Of a DNA stretch of 64,000 nt, positions 30,691 through 40,035 are shown in pieces (position 1 is the stretch's first letter; every line of letters starts with the position of its first letter). The position numbers and the translations under genes are program-made. Source of the DNA: Bacteroidota bacterium (GTDB lineage Bacteria > Bacteroidota > Bacteroidia > Chitinophagales > Chitinophagaceae); assembly GCA_018267705.1 (NCBI GenBank), contig JAFDXX010000023.1, positions 365,769 through 429,768 of the forward strand. Direction: 5' to 3'. A model generated the notes under the pieces. It searched no databases. It worked only from the letters and a program-made list of their open reading frames with translations, and had not been told where the DNA came from.

Positions 30691-31110
30691 TTAATTACTT
30701 ACGAACCACCTAACTGCTAATTCGTATCCTTTTAAACCTAAACCAAAAATACTACCCACACTTTTACCTGACACATGAGATAATTTTCTAAAATCTTCTC
30801 TTGCATGTACATTAGAAATATGCACTTCAATAACAGGTGTTTTAATGGCAGCAATAGCATCGCCAATAGCAACAGAAGTATGTGTATATGCAGCAGGATT
30901 AATTATAATGCCATCAAACTCATAACCTACACGTTGTAATTCATTTACCAACTCTCCTTCTATATTTGATTGAAAATAGGTGAATGAAATATCGGGAAAC
31001 ATTTGTTGTAATGTTTGCATATACGTTTCAAAAGATTGATTGCCGTATATGTCTGTTTCTCTTTTTCCTAATAAATTTAAATTAGGCCCGTTAATGATAG
31101 CTATTTTCAT
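30691..31110 (-). CDS. aroQ: Type II 3-dehydroquinate dehydratase
   Basis: MKIAIINGPNLNLLGKRE... plus INPAAYTHTS and HISN motifs. The track ORF extends to 31155, but that extension covers a terminator-like hairpin and is not part of the family N-terminus. Confidence 0.9.
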   Translation of the reverse strand: MKIAIINGPNLNLLGKRETDIYGNQSFETYMQTLQQMFPDISFTYFQSNIEGELVNELQRVGYEFDGIIINPAAYTHTSVAIGDAIAAIKTPVIEVHISNVHAREDFRKLSHVSGKSVGSIFGLGLKGYELAVRWFVSN

Positions 31111-31136
31111 ACTGCTAATTACCTTCTTTTTTTTGA

Positions 31137-31171
31137 ATAAAAAAAGCAACGGCAAAATACCATTGCTTTTT
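31137..31171 (-). terminator. Terminator-like hairpin + U-run between carA and aroQ
   Basis: Minus-strand RNA aaaaagcaa-ugguauuuugccg-uugcuuuuu followed by uuauuc. Lies only about 27 nt upstream of the aroQ ATG. Confidence 0.45.
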
Positions 31172-31255
31172 AGTTTAATAAGTCAACCAATTATTGTTGA
31201 ATGATTATATCAGCACAATTCCATTCAACTGCTTTTGTTATTGTTTTTGTGAAAA

Positions 31256-32356
31256 TTAATTTTTGTGCATCATTGCAACAAAGTCATCAAATAAATAGCG
31301 ACTATCATGTGGGCCTGGTGTTGCTTCCGGATGATATTGCACACTAAATGCAGGTTTATCTTTTAAACGTATTCCTTCAATACTTTCATCATTCAAATTA
31401 ATATGTGTTACCTCAACATTACTATTATTTTTAATTGATTCAGGATTTACGCCAAAACCATGATTTTGTGTTGTGATTTCACATTTTCCCGTAACAATAT
31501 TTTTTACCGGATGATTTAAGCCCCTATGTCCGTGATGCATTTTAAAGGTTGAAATGCCGTTTGCTAATGCCAATAGCTGATGACCTAAACAAATACCAAA
31601 CAAAGGTTTCTTTTCCTTTAAAATATCTTTAATTGTTTCTACTGCATAAGGCATTGCTGCAGGATCTCCTGGCCCGTTTGAAATAAAATAACCATCAGGG
31701 TTAAATTCTTTTAATTTACTTAAAGGGGTTTTAGCAGGATATACTTTTACATGTACACCACGTTCAACCAAACAATTCAAAATATTTTTCTTTACTCCTA
31801 AATCTAATACAGCTACTTTTAAATTACCACTTTTATTTCCTAATTCATATTCTGTTTTTGTACTTATAGTGCTTGATAATTCTAAGCCATCCATATTAGG
31901 GCATTGTGCTAATTCATATTTTAATTTTTCTATATCTGTTATTTCGGTTGATATAATGCAGTTCATAGCACCTTGTGTACGTACATGTGCTACCAATGCT
32001 CTAGTATCAATACCTTCAATTGCTATAATGTTATTAGCAATTAAATATTCATTTAAAGAACCTTTTGCTTGAATGCGACTAAATTGTTCTTCCAAATTTC
32101 TTCCTATTAAACCTTTAATTTTTACTGATTCACTTTCAACATCAGTATCTTTTATGCCATAATTACCAATATGTACGTTGTTCATAATAATAATCTGCCC
32201 TGTATAACTTGGGTCTGTAAATACTTCTTGGTAACCTGTCATTCCTGTATTAAAACAAATTTCTCCTGTAGTAGTTCCTATTTTACCAAATGATTGTCCG
32301 TAAAAAATATTTCCGTCGGCTAATAATAAGATTGCTTGTTTAGATGTGTTAGGCAT
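31256..32356 (-). CDS. carA: Carbamoyl-phosphate synthase small (glutaminase) subunit
   Basis: 366 aa. GICLGHQ catalytic Cys motif and VQYHPEA near the C-terminus. Confidence 0.95.
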   Translation of the reverse strand: MPNTSKQAILLLADGNIFYGQSFGKIGTTTGEICFNTGMTGYQEVFTDPSYTGQIIIMNNVHIGNYGIKDTDVESESVKIKGLIGRNLEEQFSRIQAKGSLNEYLIANNIIAIEGIDTRALVAHVRTQGAMNCIISTEITDIEKLKYELAQCPNMDGLELSSTISTKTEYELGNKSGNLKVAVLDLGVKKNILNCLVERGVHVKVYPAKTPLSKLKEFNPDGYFISNGPGDPAAMPYAVETIKDILKEKKPLFGICLGHQLLALANGISTFKMHHGHRGLNHPVKNIVTGKCEITTQNHGFGVNPESIKNNSNVEVTHINLNDESIEGIRLKDKPAFSVQYHPEATPGPHDSRYLFDDFVAMMHKN

Positions 32357-32389
32357 TGAGATTAAACTTTAAATTTTCGCTTGCAAAGT

Positions 32390-32422
32390 AAAAAAGGCAA
32401 CACTAAATCGTGCTGCCTTTTT
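32390..32422 (-). terminator. Intrinsic terminator after rplQ
   Basis: Minus-strand RNA ggcagcac-gauuua-guguugcc (8 bp including one G-U) flanked by A5 and followed by U6. Confidence 0.65.
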
Positions 32423-32449
32423 ATATAAACTTTTCAACATTATTAAAAA

Positions 32450-32974
32450 TTATTCTGCTGGTTTTTCTTCAGTTGCATCTGCTACTATTGTTGCTTCTTC
32501 TACAGCAGGTGTTTCTGCTTTAGGTTCAGATTTTTTACGAGTAGCACGACGTGTTTTTTTAGCAGGTTCAGCAGCTTTAGCAACAGTTTTACCGTAAATT
32601 TCATTGAAATCTACTAGTTCAATCATTGCTTTTTCTCCATTATCACCTGGGCGAATTCCTAATTTAATAATTCTTGTATAACCACCCGGGCGGCTTGCAA
32701 TTTTAGGTGCAACAACTGTAAATAATTCTTTTACAGCTGCTTTATTTTGTAAATGTGCAAACACCATTCTGTGTTGGTGGCTTATTTGTTCTTTGCTTTC
32801 GCCTTTTTTGGTTTTAGTTAATAAAGGCTCAACATAAGTACGCAATGCTTTAGCTTTAGCCAAAGTAGTTACAATACGTTTATGTGTAATTAATTGAGAA
32901 GCTAAATTGCTTAATAAGGCTTCTCTGTGTGCCTTTTTACGACCAAGATTGTTGATTTTGTCTCCGTGACGCAT
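32450..32974 (-). CDS. rplQ: 50S ribosomal protein L17 (with K/A/E-rich C-terminal tail)
   Basis: MRHGDKINNLGRKKAHREALLSNLA... is a canonical L17 N-terminus. Confidence 0.95.
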   Translation of the reverse strand: MRHGDKINNLGRKKAHREALLSNLASQLITHKRIVTTLAKAKALRTYVEPLLTKTKKGESKEQISHQHRMVFAHLQNKAAVKELFTVVAPKIASRPGGYTRIIKLGIRPGDNGEKAMIELVDFNEIYGKTVAKAAEPAKKTRRATRKKSEPKAETPAVEEATIVADATEEKPAE

Positions 32975-33093
32975 ATTTTCTGTTTTAAAGCTTATACCGT
33001 GTCAGGAATTATAAGCTGTGATTAAATAGTTTAAAAGATTATCATTCAAAGAAGTCTAAACATTTAAACCTATTGAACCTTTTAAACTTGTAA

Positions 33094-34095
33094 TTAATTA
33101 TCTAAGTTATCTAAACCTAATTTTTGTAAATCCATTCCAAAGCTTAAACCTCTTTCGTGCAATACTTGTTCAATTTCACTTAAAGATTTTTGACCAAAGT
33201 TTCTAAACTTCATTAAATCTTCTTGTTCGTATTGAACCAATTCGCTTAAGCTGTTAATTTTAGCAGCTTTCAAGCAATTAAATGCACGTACAGAAAGATC
33301 TAAATCTTCTAATGGTGTTTTTAATACTTTGCGTAATTGTAATACTTGTTCATCTACCACATCATCTTTCTTTTCTTCTTTATTATCAAAAGTTATGTTC
33401 TCGTCGGTAATAATCATCAAGTGTTGTATTAAAATACGTGATGCTTGTTTTACCGCTTCTTCCGGATGAATGGTACCATCTGTAGCAACTTCTAAAATTA
33501 ATTTTTCAAAGTCTGTTCTTTGTTCTACACGATAGTTTTCAATTGAATATTTCACATTTTTAATTGGTGTGTGAATTGAATCAATTGCAATATGTCCAAA
33601 TGGAGCTTCTTTTAATTTATTGTCTTCAGCAGGTATATAACCACGTCCTTTAGCAATAGTTAATTCAATATCTAATTTAGCAGTTGCATCCATTGTACAA
33701 ATAACTAAATCGGTATTCATTACTTCAAAGTTCTGAGAGGCATTGCCTATCATCCCTGCAGTAAATTCATTACGCCCTTTAATAGATAATGAAATTTTTT
33801 CATTTGTTACATCATGTTCAACATTTTTCTTAAAACGAACTTGTTTTAAGTTTAAAATAATTTCTGTAACATCTTCGGTAATACCTTTAATGGTTGCAAA
33901 CTCGTGGTCAACACCATCAATTTTAATACCTGTAATTGCATAACCTTCAAGGCTACTTAATAATACCCTACGTAATGCATTACCAATAGTTAAACCATAA
34001 CCCGGCTCTAACGGGCGGAATTCAAACTGACCTTCAAAATCTGTTGCTTTTTGTAAAACGATTTTATCGGGCTTTTGGAAATTTAAAATTGCCAT
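33094..34095 (-). CDS. rpoA: DNA-directed RNA polymerase alpha subunit
   Basis: 333 aa. [17 protein letters not shown] motif and a C-terminal CTD ([12 protein letters not shown]). Confidence 0.97.
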   Translation of the reverse strand: MAILNFQKPDKIVLQKATDFEGQFEFRPLEPGYGLTIGNALRRVLLSSLEGYAITGIKIDGVDHEFATIKGITEDVTEIILNLKQVRFKKNVEHDVTNEKISLSIKGRNEFTAGMIGNASQNFEVMNTDLVICTMDATAKLDIELTIAKGRGYIPAEDNKLKEAPFGHIAIDSIHTPIKNVKYSIENYRVEQRTDFEKLILEVATDGTIHPEEAVKQASRILIQHLMIITDENITFDNKEEKKDDVVDEQVLQLRKVLKTPLEDLDLSVRAFNCLKAAKINSLSELVQYEQEDLMKFRNFGQKSLSEIEQVLHERGLSFGMDLQKLGLDNLDN

Positions 34096-34158
34096 TGTAT
34101 GTTCCGTATTTTGTTTTTAAAATTTTTGTTACCGGCTGTTGTGCTTGTGGCATCAACT

Positions 34159-34199
34159 GTTGCGTCGCACTCTTATACTTTCTGCACTACATGCAGCAA
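34159..34199 (-). promoter_or_regulatory. Copy C of dispersed motif: TTG-N19-TATAAGAG-TGCGACGCAAC
   Basis: Minus-strand sequence ttgctgcatgtagtgcagaaagtataagagtgcgacgcaac in the rpsD-rpoA intergenic region. Ends 63 nt upstream of the rpoA ATG. Confidence 0.5.
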
Positions 34200-34202
34200 T
34201 TA

Positions 34203-34808
34203 TTATTTAGAATACAACTCTACAATTAATTGTTCCTTAATATTTTCAGGAACATTTTCTCTTTCAGGATACGTAATAAAAGTTCCTTTTTTCTCAGTTT
34301 CATTCCAATCTACCCAAGAAAATTTAGGATTTTTACCACGCACTTTGCTTAAAACAGAATTACTGTTTACACTTTTAGGAGCATACCCAATAACATCTCC
34401 AGCTTTTAATTGAAAAGAAGGTACGTTTACCACTTCACCATTTACAGTAATATGTTTGTGGCTAACTAATTGGCGAGCTTCTGGGCGGCTTGCAACCAAA
34501 CCCAAACGATAAATTGTGTTATCTAAACGAGCTTCTAATAATTTAATTAAGTTTTCACCGGTAACACCTTTTAAGCGAGAAGCTTCTTCAAATGTTTTAC
34601 GGAATTGACGTTCTAATACACCATACGTGTATTTTGCTTTTTGTTTTTCTTTTAACTGCAAAGCATATTCACCTAAAGTTTTACGCTTTTTTGCAGCACC
34701 ATGTTGGCCGGGAGGATTGCTGTTTTTATCCAACCATTTGCCATTGCCTAAAATAGGCTCTCCAAATTTGCGAGAAATTTTGGTCTTAGGACCTGTGTAA
34801 CGTGCCAT
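34203..34808 (-). CDS. rpsD: 30S ribosomal protein S4
   Basis: MARYTGPKTKISRKFGEPI... is a canonical S4 start. Confidence 0.97.
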   Translation of the reverse strand: MARYTGPKTKISRKFGEPILGNGKWLDKNSNPPGQHGAAKKRKTLGEYALQLKEKQKAKYTYGVLERQFRKTFEEASRLKGVTGENLIKLLEARLDNTIYRLGLVASRPEARQLVSHKHITVNGEVVNVPSFQLKAGDVIGYAPKSVNSNSVLSKVRGKNPKFSWVDWNETEKKGTFITYPERENVPENIKEQLIVELYSK

Positions 34809-34947
34809 AATTTTTTTTCATTTCGATTTTTTTAGCATTCGTTGCATCAATCGGTGAAAAATCGTAAAAAATTAATTGAGCAACCTTTTTTAAATGAAAG
34901 CCTTTGGCTTTTATTATGTTGTATTTTGAATTTTAATTCAAAATAAA

Positions 34948-35358
34948 TTAAACTCTTCTTGCTTTTGGCGGACGACATCCGTTATGCGGCAATGGAGTAA
35001 TATCTTTAATTGAAGTAACTTCAATACCATTTTGAGAAATTGAACGAATTGCACCTTCTCTTCCGGCACCCGGGCCTTTTACATAAACATCTACTCTTTT
35101 TAAGCCCGCTTCGCTAGCTACTTTAGCTGCATCTGCTGCTGCCATTTGTGCTGCATACGGGGTGTTCTTTTTAGAACCACGAAAACCCATTTTACCCGCA
35201 GAAGACCATGAAATAACTTGACCTTGTTTGTTGGTAAAAGAAACAATTAAATTGTTGAAAGTTGCATTAATGTGTACATCGCCTGCTGCATCTACTTTTA
35301 CAATGCGTTTTTTGGCGGCTGCTTTTGCACTGTTTTGTGCTTTTACTGGTTTTGCCAT
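34948..35358 (-). CDS. rpsK: 30S ribosomal protein S11
   Basis: ...[30 protein letters not shown]... and C-terminal [13 protein letters not shown]. Confidence 0.97.
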   Translation of the reverse strand: MAKPVKAQNSAKAAAKKRIVKVDAAGDVHINATFNNLIVSFTNKQGQVISWSSAGKMGFRGSKKNTPYAAQMAAADAAKVASEAGLKRVDVYVKGPGAGREGAIRSISQNGIEVTSIKDITPLPHNGCRPPKARRV

Positions 35359-35485
35359 TTTAATTTTTTTGAGGTAATCTTCTTGTTATTAATTATTCGC
35401 CTCCTGCTTAAATTTTATAAGCTATCCAGCGAGTTTATAAAAAGCCAAAAGCTCTAAGCTGTGTGCTAAGAGCTTTAAGCAATTA

Positions 35486-35866
35486 TTATTTTTTAGGTGC
35501 TTTCTTTTTACCTGCAACCGTTTTACGCTTACCTTTTCTGGTACGGCTGTTAGTTTTTGTACGCTGACCACGAACAGGTAATCCTTTTCTGTGGCGTAAT
35601 CCACGATAACAAGCAATATCTAATAAACGTTTAATGTTCATTTGAGTTTCACTACGTAATGCACCTTCAACTTTTAGTTCGCTGTTAATAATGTTACGGA
35701 TAGCAGCTTGCTCATCATCATTCCACTGGCTTACTTTTTTATCAAAGTCAATGCCTGCTTCGGTTAATATGCGTTGAGCAGTAGAACGGCCAATTCCATA
35801 AATATAAGTAAGGCCAATTTCTCCTCTTTTGTTTTTTGGTAAATCTATACCGGCAATACGAGCCAT
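35486..35866 (-). CDS. rpsM: 30S ribosomal protein S13
   Basis: [26 protein letters not shown]... is a canonical S13 start. Confidence 0.97.
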   Translation of the reverse strand: MARIAGIDLPKNKRGEIGLTYIYGIGRSTAQRILTEAGIDFDKKVSQWNDDEQAAIRNIINSELKVEGALRSETQMNIKRLLDIACYRGLRHRKGLPVRGQRTKTNSRTRKGKRKTVAGKKKAPKK

Positions 35867-35907
35867 ATTCGATTATAAATTATAAATTAAAAATTTTAAA
35901 TTAGTTT

Positions 35908-36024
35908 TTATCCTTGACGTTGTTTAAAACGAGGATTTTTTTTGTTAATAACGTAAAGTTTACCACCACGTTTAACAATTTTACAGTCTGCACTGCGTTT
36001 TTTAATAGATGCTCTTACTTTCAT
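35908..36024 (-). CDS. rpmJ: 50S ribosomal protein L36
   Basis: 38 codons, translated by hand: [38 protein letters not shown]. Below the ORF-track cutoff. Sits in the canonical position between infA and rpsM. Confidence 0.9.
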   Translation of the reverse strand: MKVRASIKKRSADCKIVKRGGKLYVINKKNPRFKQRQG

Positions 36025-36030
36025 TTTATC

Positions 36031-36249
36031 TTATTTATATCTGAAATTGATTCTTCCTCTTGTTAAATCATATGGACTCATTTCCACACCAACTTTATCT
36101 CCAGGTAAAATTCTAATGTAATTCATTCTCATTTTACCAGATATTGTTGCCAAAATTTCATGCCCATTTTCCAACTTCACTCTAAACATAGCATTGCTTA
36201 GTGCTTCTAGTATTACTCCGTCTTGTTTAATCAACTGTTGTTTAGGCAT
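36031..36249 (-). CDS. infA: Translation initiation factor IF-1
   Basis: 72 aa, ...[43 protein letters not shown]... Confidence 0.97.
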   Translation of the reverse strand: MPKQQLIKQDGVILEALSNAMFRVKLENGHEILATISGKMRMNYIRILPGDKVGVEMSPYDLTRGRINFRYK

Positions 36250-36265
36250 AATTTTTTTCGGGCTG

Positions 36266-36273
36266 CAAAGATA
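36266..36273 (-). promoter_or_regulatory. Candidate -7 box TAtcTTTG upstream of infA
   Basis: The minus strand reads tatctttg, matching TAnnTTTG, 16 nt before the infA ATG. No clean TTG at the expected -33 position. Confidence 0.35.
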
Positions 36274-36358
36274 TTAGAATGTAATTGAAATATGAAAATT
36301 TTGTGGAAAAAATATTGATTTATGTGAAATAATTGTGCAAATGCTTTACTGGCTTGCA

Positions 36359-39193
36359 TTACAAAAACTTTGCCGTATGGCTTTTTTTCTCTTTTTTTAG
36401 ATTTTCAGGTGTTCCTGCAAAAATTAAGTTGCCACCGGCATCTCCTGCTTCTACTCCTAAATCTATAACCCAGTCGGCATTTTTAATAACATCTGTGTTG
36501 TGTTCTATAATAATTATACTATGCCCTTGTTCAATTAAAGCATTAAATGAAGCCAATAGTTTTTTTATATCGTGAAAATGAAGACCTGTAGTGGGTTCAT
36601 CAAAAATAAACAGCACTTGACCATGCCCTTTACCTTTGCCTAAAAAACTTGCCAGTTTTACGCGTTGGGCTTCTCCACCAGAAAGTGTATCGGAAGATTG
36701 GCCTAGTTTTACATAACCCAAGCCAACATCTTGCAATGGTTGAATGGCTTTTGCAATTGTTTTTTCTTCTTTAAAAAATTCAATTGCATCATCAACACTC
36801 ATTTCTAGAATATCATGAATGTTTTTATTTTCATATTTAACTTCTAACACTTCTTCTTTAAATCTTTTGCCTTTGCAAACTTCACAAGTTAAATGTACAT
36901 CTGCCAGAAATTGCATTTCAACAATTTGTTCACCCTCGCCTTTACAGGTATCGCATCTTCCTCCATCTACATTAAATGAAAAATGCTTGGGTTGAAAACC
37001 TCTTATTTTAGAAAGTGGTTGGCTGGCATACAGATCTCTTATTTGATCGTAAGCTTTTATATAAGTTACGGGATTACTGCGTGAAGATTTACCAATGGGA
37101 TTTTGATCAACCAATTCTATTTGATTAATATCATTTATACTTCCGGAAATAGTTTTATGCAGGCCAATTTTTTCTGCAAACTCTCCTTTTATTTTTTGTA
37201 ATGCCGGATATAAAATTTGTTTTATTAAAGTTGTTTTACCACTGCCACTTACGCCACTTACTACACACAGCACATTTAATGGAAATTCAACAGTTATATT
37301 TTTAAGATTATTTTGTTTTGCACCTTCAACAACAATACTTCTATTCCATTTGCGAATTTGTTTTGGTGTTTCTATTTTTAGTTCTCTGTTTAAATATTTT
37401 CCTGTTAAGCTTTTTTTATTGGAAATAATTTCATTGTAATTACCGGCAGCAATTACTTCGCCGCCTAAATGAGATGCTAATGGACCCATATCTATAATAT
37501 AATCTGCTTCACGCATCATTAATTCATCATGCTCTACTACAACAACTGTATTTCCTAAATTGCGTAAGTTTTTTAAAACTGAAATGAGTTTTAAAGTATC
37601 TCGAGAATGGAGGCCAATAGATGGTTCATCTAAAATATATAAAGAATTAGTTAAGTTAGAACCTAAGCTTCGTGTAAGTTGAATGCGTTGACTTTCTCCG
37701 CCACTTAAACTATTTGCTAAACGATTTAAAGTTAAATAACCTAAACCAACATCTATTAACGTTTGTAAGCGTTGATGAATTTCAATTAAAATTCTTTTAG
37801 CAATTTGTGCATCATGTTCATTCAATTTTAAACTATTCATCCACTGTTTTAAATCATTTGTTTGCATTTCGCATAATTCACCAATATGTTTATTATTTAT
37901 TTTAACATATAAGGCTTCTTTGCGTAAACGATACCCTTTACAATTGGTACAAGTTGTTCGGCCTCTGTAACGACTTAATAAAACGCGATACTGTACTTTG
38001 TATAAATTACTTTCAACATCTTTAAAAAAATCATCAATGCCTAAAGCTTTACCTACGCCTTTCCATAAATCAGTGTATTGTTCTTTTGTTAGTTCTGCAA
38101 TTGGTTTATGAATAGGAAAATTTTTTGCATGTGTAATAAATTGTTCTTTCCACCAAATTAACTTTTCTCCTTTCCATGGGGCAACGGCTCCATCGTATAG
38201 ACTCAATGTTTTATCAGGTATTACTAAATTTTCATCAATACCTAATACTTGACTAAAACCTTCGCAAGTTGGACAAGCCCCGTAAGGATTATTAAATGAA
38301 AATAAATTAGGAGAAGGTTCTTCAAACTGAATACCATCTAATTCAAATTTATTGCTGAAATGGATTAGGCCTTTTTTTTCAACATTAATATACATTTCAC
38401 CTTCTGATTCATAAAAAGCTGTATTTATTGAATCACTTAATCTATGCAAATCATCTTCAGTAAATTGTTTTGTAATAATTCTATCAATAAGAATATATGC
38501 ATTAAAAGATAGAAGTTGAGCATTTAGTTCTTTATCATTTAACTCAAGCAAGTCTTCTATTTTAAAAACATCTGTCATCTGTTTTTTATCATCCGTTATT
38601 TGTATTCTGCTAAAACCTTTTTGCAACAAAATATTTAATTCTTCTCTAACATCTCGTTTTATATGTTGTTTAAATTTTGTAAGAATAAAAACTTTAGTGT
38701 TTTTATCGACATTCTTAATAACGTTCAATACATCTGTTACATCATGTTTTTTTACAATATTTCCGCTAATAGGTGAAATGGTTTTACCAATGCGTGCAAA
38801 TAATAATCGCAAGTAATCATAAATTTCCGTCATACTACCAACGGTGCTGCGTGGTGTACGTGTAATAACTTTTTGTTCTATAGCAATGGCGGGGCATAAA
38901 CCTTTAATATAATCTACATCTGGTTTTATCATTCTTGCCATAAACTGTCTTGCATAGGCACTTAAGCTTTCGGCATAACGGCGTTGCCCTTCGGCAAATA
39001 ATGTATCAATGGTTAAAGAAGATTTTCCGCTACCACTAACTCCGGTTACAACTATAAATTTATTTCTTGGAAAATTGACATTTATATTTTTCAGATTATG
39101 TGTTCTTGCACCTTGAATAATTATATCTGATGAATGATTTTTTGCCGTATTCAATTCTTTTTTAATATTTCTATGTTTTATTACTGAAGACAA
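36359..39193 (-). CDS. uvrA: Excinuclease ABC subunit A
   Basis: 944 aa. Two ABC modules (GVSGSGKSS, GVSGSGKTT) and zinc-finger Cys pairs (CPTCEG, CTNCKG, CDTCKGEG...CEVCKG). Confidence 0.97.
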   Translation of the reverse strand: MSSVIKHRNIKKELNTAKNHSSDIIIQGARTHNLKNINVNFPRNKFIVVTGVSGSGKSSLTIDTLFAEGQRRYAESLSAYARQFMARMIKPDVDYIKGLCPAIAIEQKVITRTPRSTVGSMTEIYDYLRLLFARIGKTISPISGNIVKKHDVTDVLNVIKNVDKNTKVFILTKFKQHIKRDVREELNILLQKGFSRIQITDDKKQMTDVFKIEDLLELNDKELNAQLLSFNAYILIDRIITKQFTEDDLHRLSDSINTAFYESEGEMYINVEKKGLIHFSNKFELDGIQFEEPSPNLFSFNNPYGACPTCEGFSQVLGIDENLVIPDKTLSLYDGAVAPWKGEKLIWWKEQFITHAKNFPIHKPIAELTKEQYTDLWKGVGKALGIDDFFKDVESNLYKVQYRVLLSRYRGRTTCTNCKGYRLRKEALYVKINNKHIGELCEMQTNDLKQWMNSLKLNEHDAQIAKRILIEIHQRLQTLIDVGLGYLTLNRLANSLSGGESQRIQLTRSLGSNLTNSLYILDEPSIGLHSRDTLKLISVLKNLRNLGNTVVVVEHDELMMREADYIIDMGPLASHLGGEVIAAGNYNEIISNKKSLTGKYLNRELKIETPKQIRKWNRSIVVEGAKQNNLKNITVEFPLNVLCVVSGVSGSGKTTLIKQILYPALQKIKGEFAEKIGLHKTISGSINDINQIELVDQNPIGKSSRSNPVTYIKAYDQIRDLYASQPLSKIRGFQPKHFSFNVDGGRCDTCKGEGEQIVEMQFLADVHLTCEVCKGKRFKEEVLEVKYENKNIHDILEMSVDDAIEFFKEEKTIAKAIQPLQDVGLGYVKLGQSSDTLSGGEAQRVKLASFLGKGKGHGQVLFIFDEPTTGLHFHDIKKLLASFNALIEQGHSIIIIEHNTDVIKNADWVIDLGVEAGDAGGNLIFAGTPENLKKEKKSHTAKFL

Positions 39194-39416
39194 TTGCTTA
39201 TTATTTAAAACAAATAAACAGAATATTTAAATGAATAATAAAAGTTTTATGTGAATAACGCAACCATATCATTTTAATTATTCACAAACAGCAATAATGT
39301 ATTGTAGTAAAAAAATAGTGTTATAATTTAACACCAGATTTGAAATTATACATTCAAATTATGTATCCAACTATCCTATTCTTTTTTAAAATTAAAAAAT
39401 TAAAAACCGAACTGCT

Positions 39417-39995
39417 ATGAAATCATTAATGCAAGCGTTGGATACAGAATTGGTTCACTCATTTCAGAATGGAAACCAACAAGCACTTGAAGTTTTAATT
39501 AACCGTTACAAGGATAAAATATTTTCTTCTATCTTTTTTTTAGTGAAAGATAAACATCTTGCAGAAGATTTGTTTCAAGATGTTTTTATAAAAATAATTG
39601 ACTTTATACGTAATAACCGCTACAATGAAGAAGGTAAATTTATACATTGGGCTTTGCGTATTGCACATAATTTATGTGTTGATTATTTTAGAAAGACTAA
39701 ACGAACCAAAGTAATAACTACAGAAAAAGAAGAAGTATTTGAATCTTTTACCATGCCGGTTGAGAATGCAGATATTTCTTTAATTAAAGAACAAACGAAC
39801 GGTAAAATTCATAAAATGATAGAGCTTTTACCGGAAGAACAAAGAGAAGTAATTGTGTTAAGACACTTTGCAGATATGAGTTTTAAAGAAATTGCAGAAG
39901 CTACAAACACTAGTATTAATACGGCTTTAGGAAGAATGCGTTATGCTTTAATTAATTTAAGAAAAATGATGCTTGAAAATCAATTGGCATTATAA
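39417..39995 (+). CDS. ECF-type RNA polymerase sigma-70 family factor
   Basis: 192 aa. Region 2 (...DLFQDVFIKI...WALRIAHNLCVDYFRK) and region 4 (LPEEQREVIVLRHFADMSFKEIAEATNTSINTALGRMRYA). Confidence 0.9.
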   Translation: MKSLMQALDTELVHSFQNGNQQALEVLINRYKDKIFSSIFFLVKDKHLAEDLFQDVFIKIIDFIRNNRYNEEGKFIHWALRIAHNLCVDYFRKTKRTKVITTEKEEVFESFTMPVENADISLIKEQTNGKIHKMIELLPEEQREVIVLRHFADMSFKEIAEATNTSINTALGRMRYALINLRKMMLENQLAL

Positions 39996-40035
39996 TTTTT
40001 ATGAATGAAGTTAATGCTGTAACGCTCTTATAATT

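Noticed and set aside
31111-31155. 15-codon N-terminal extension of aroQ
   Set aside because: The family N-terminus starts at MKIAIINGPNLN, and the extension is occupied by a terminator-like hairpin.
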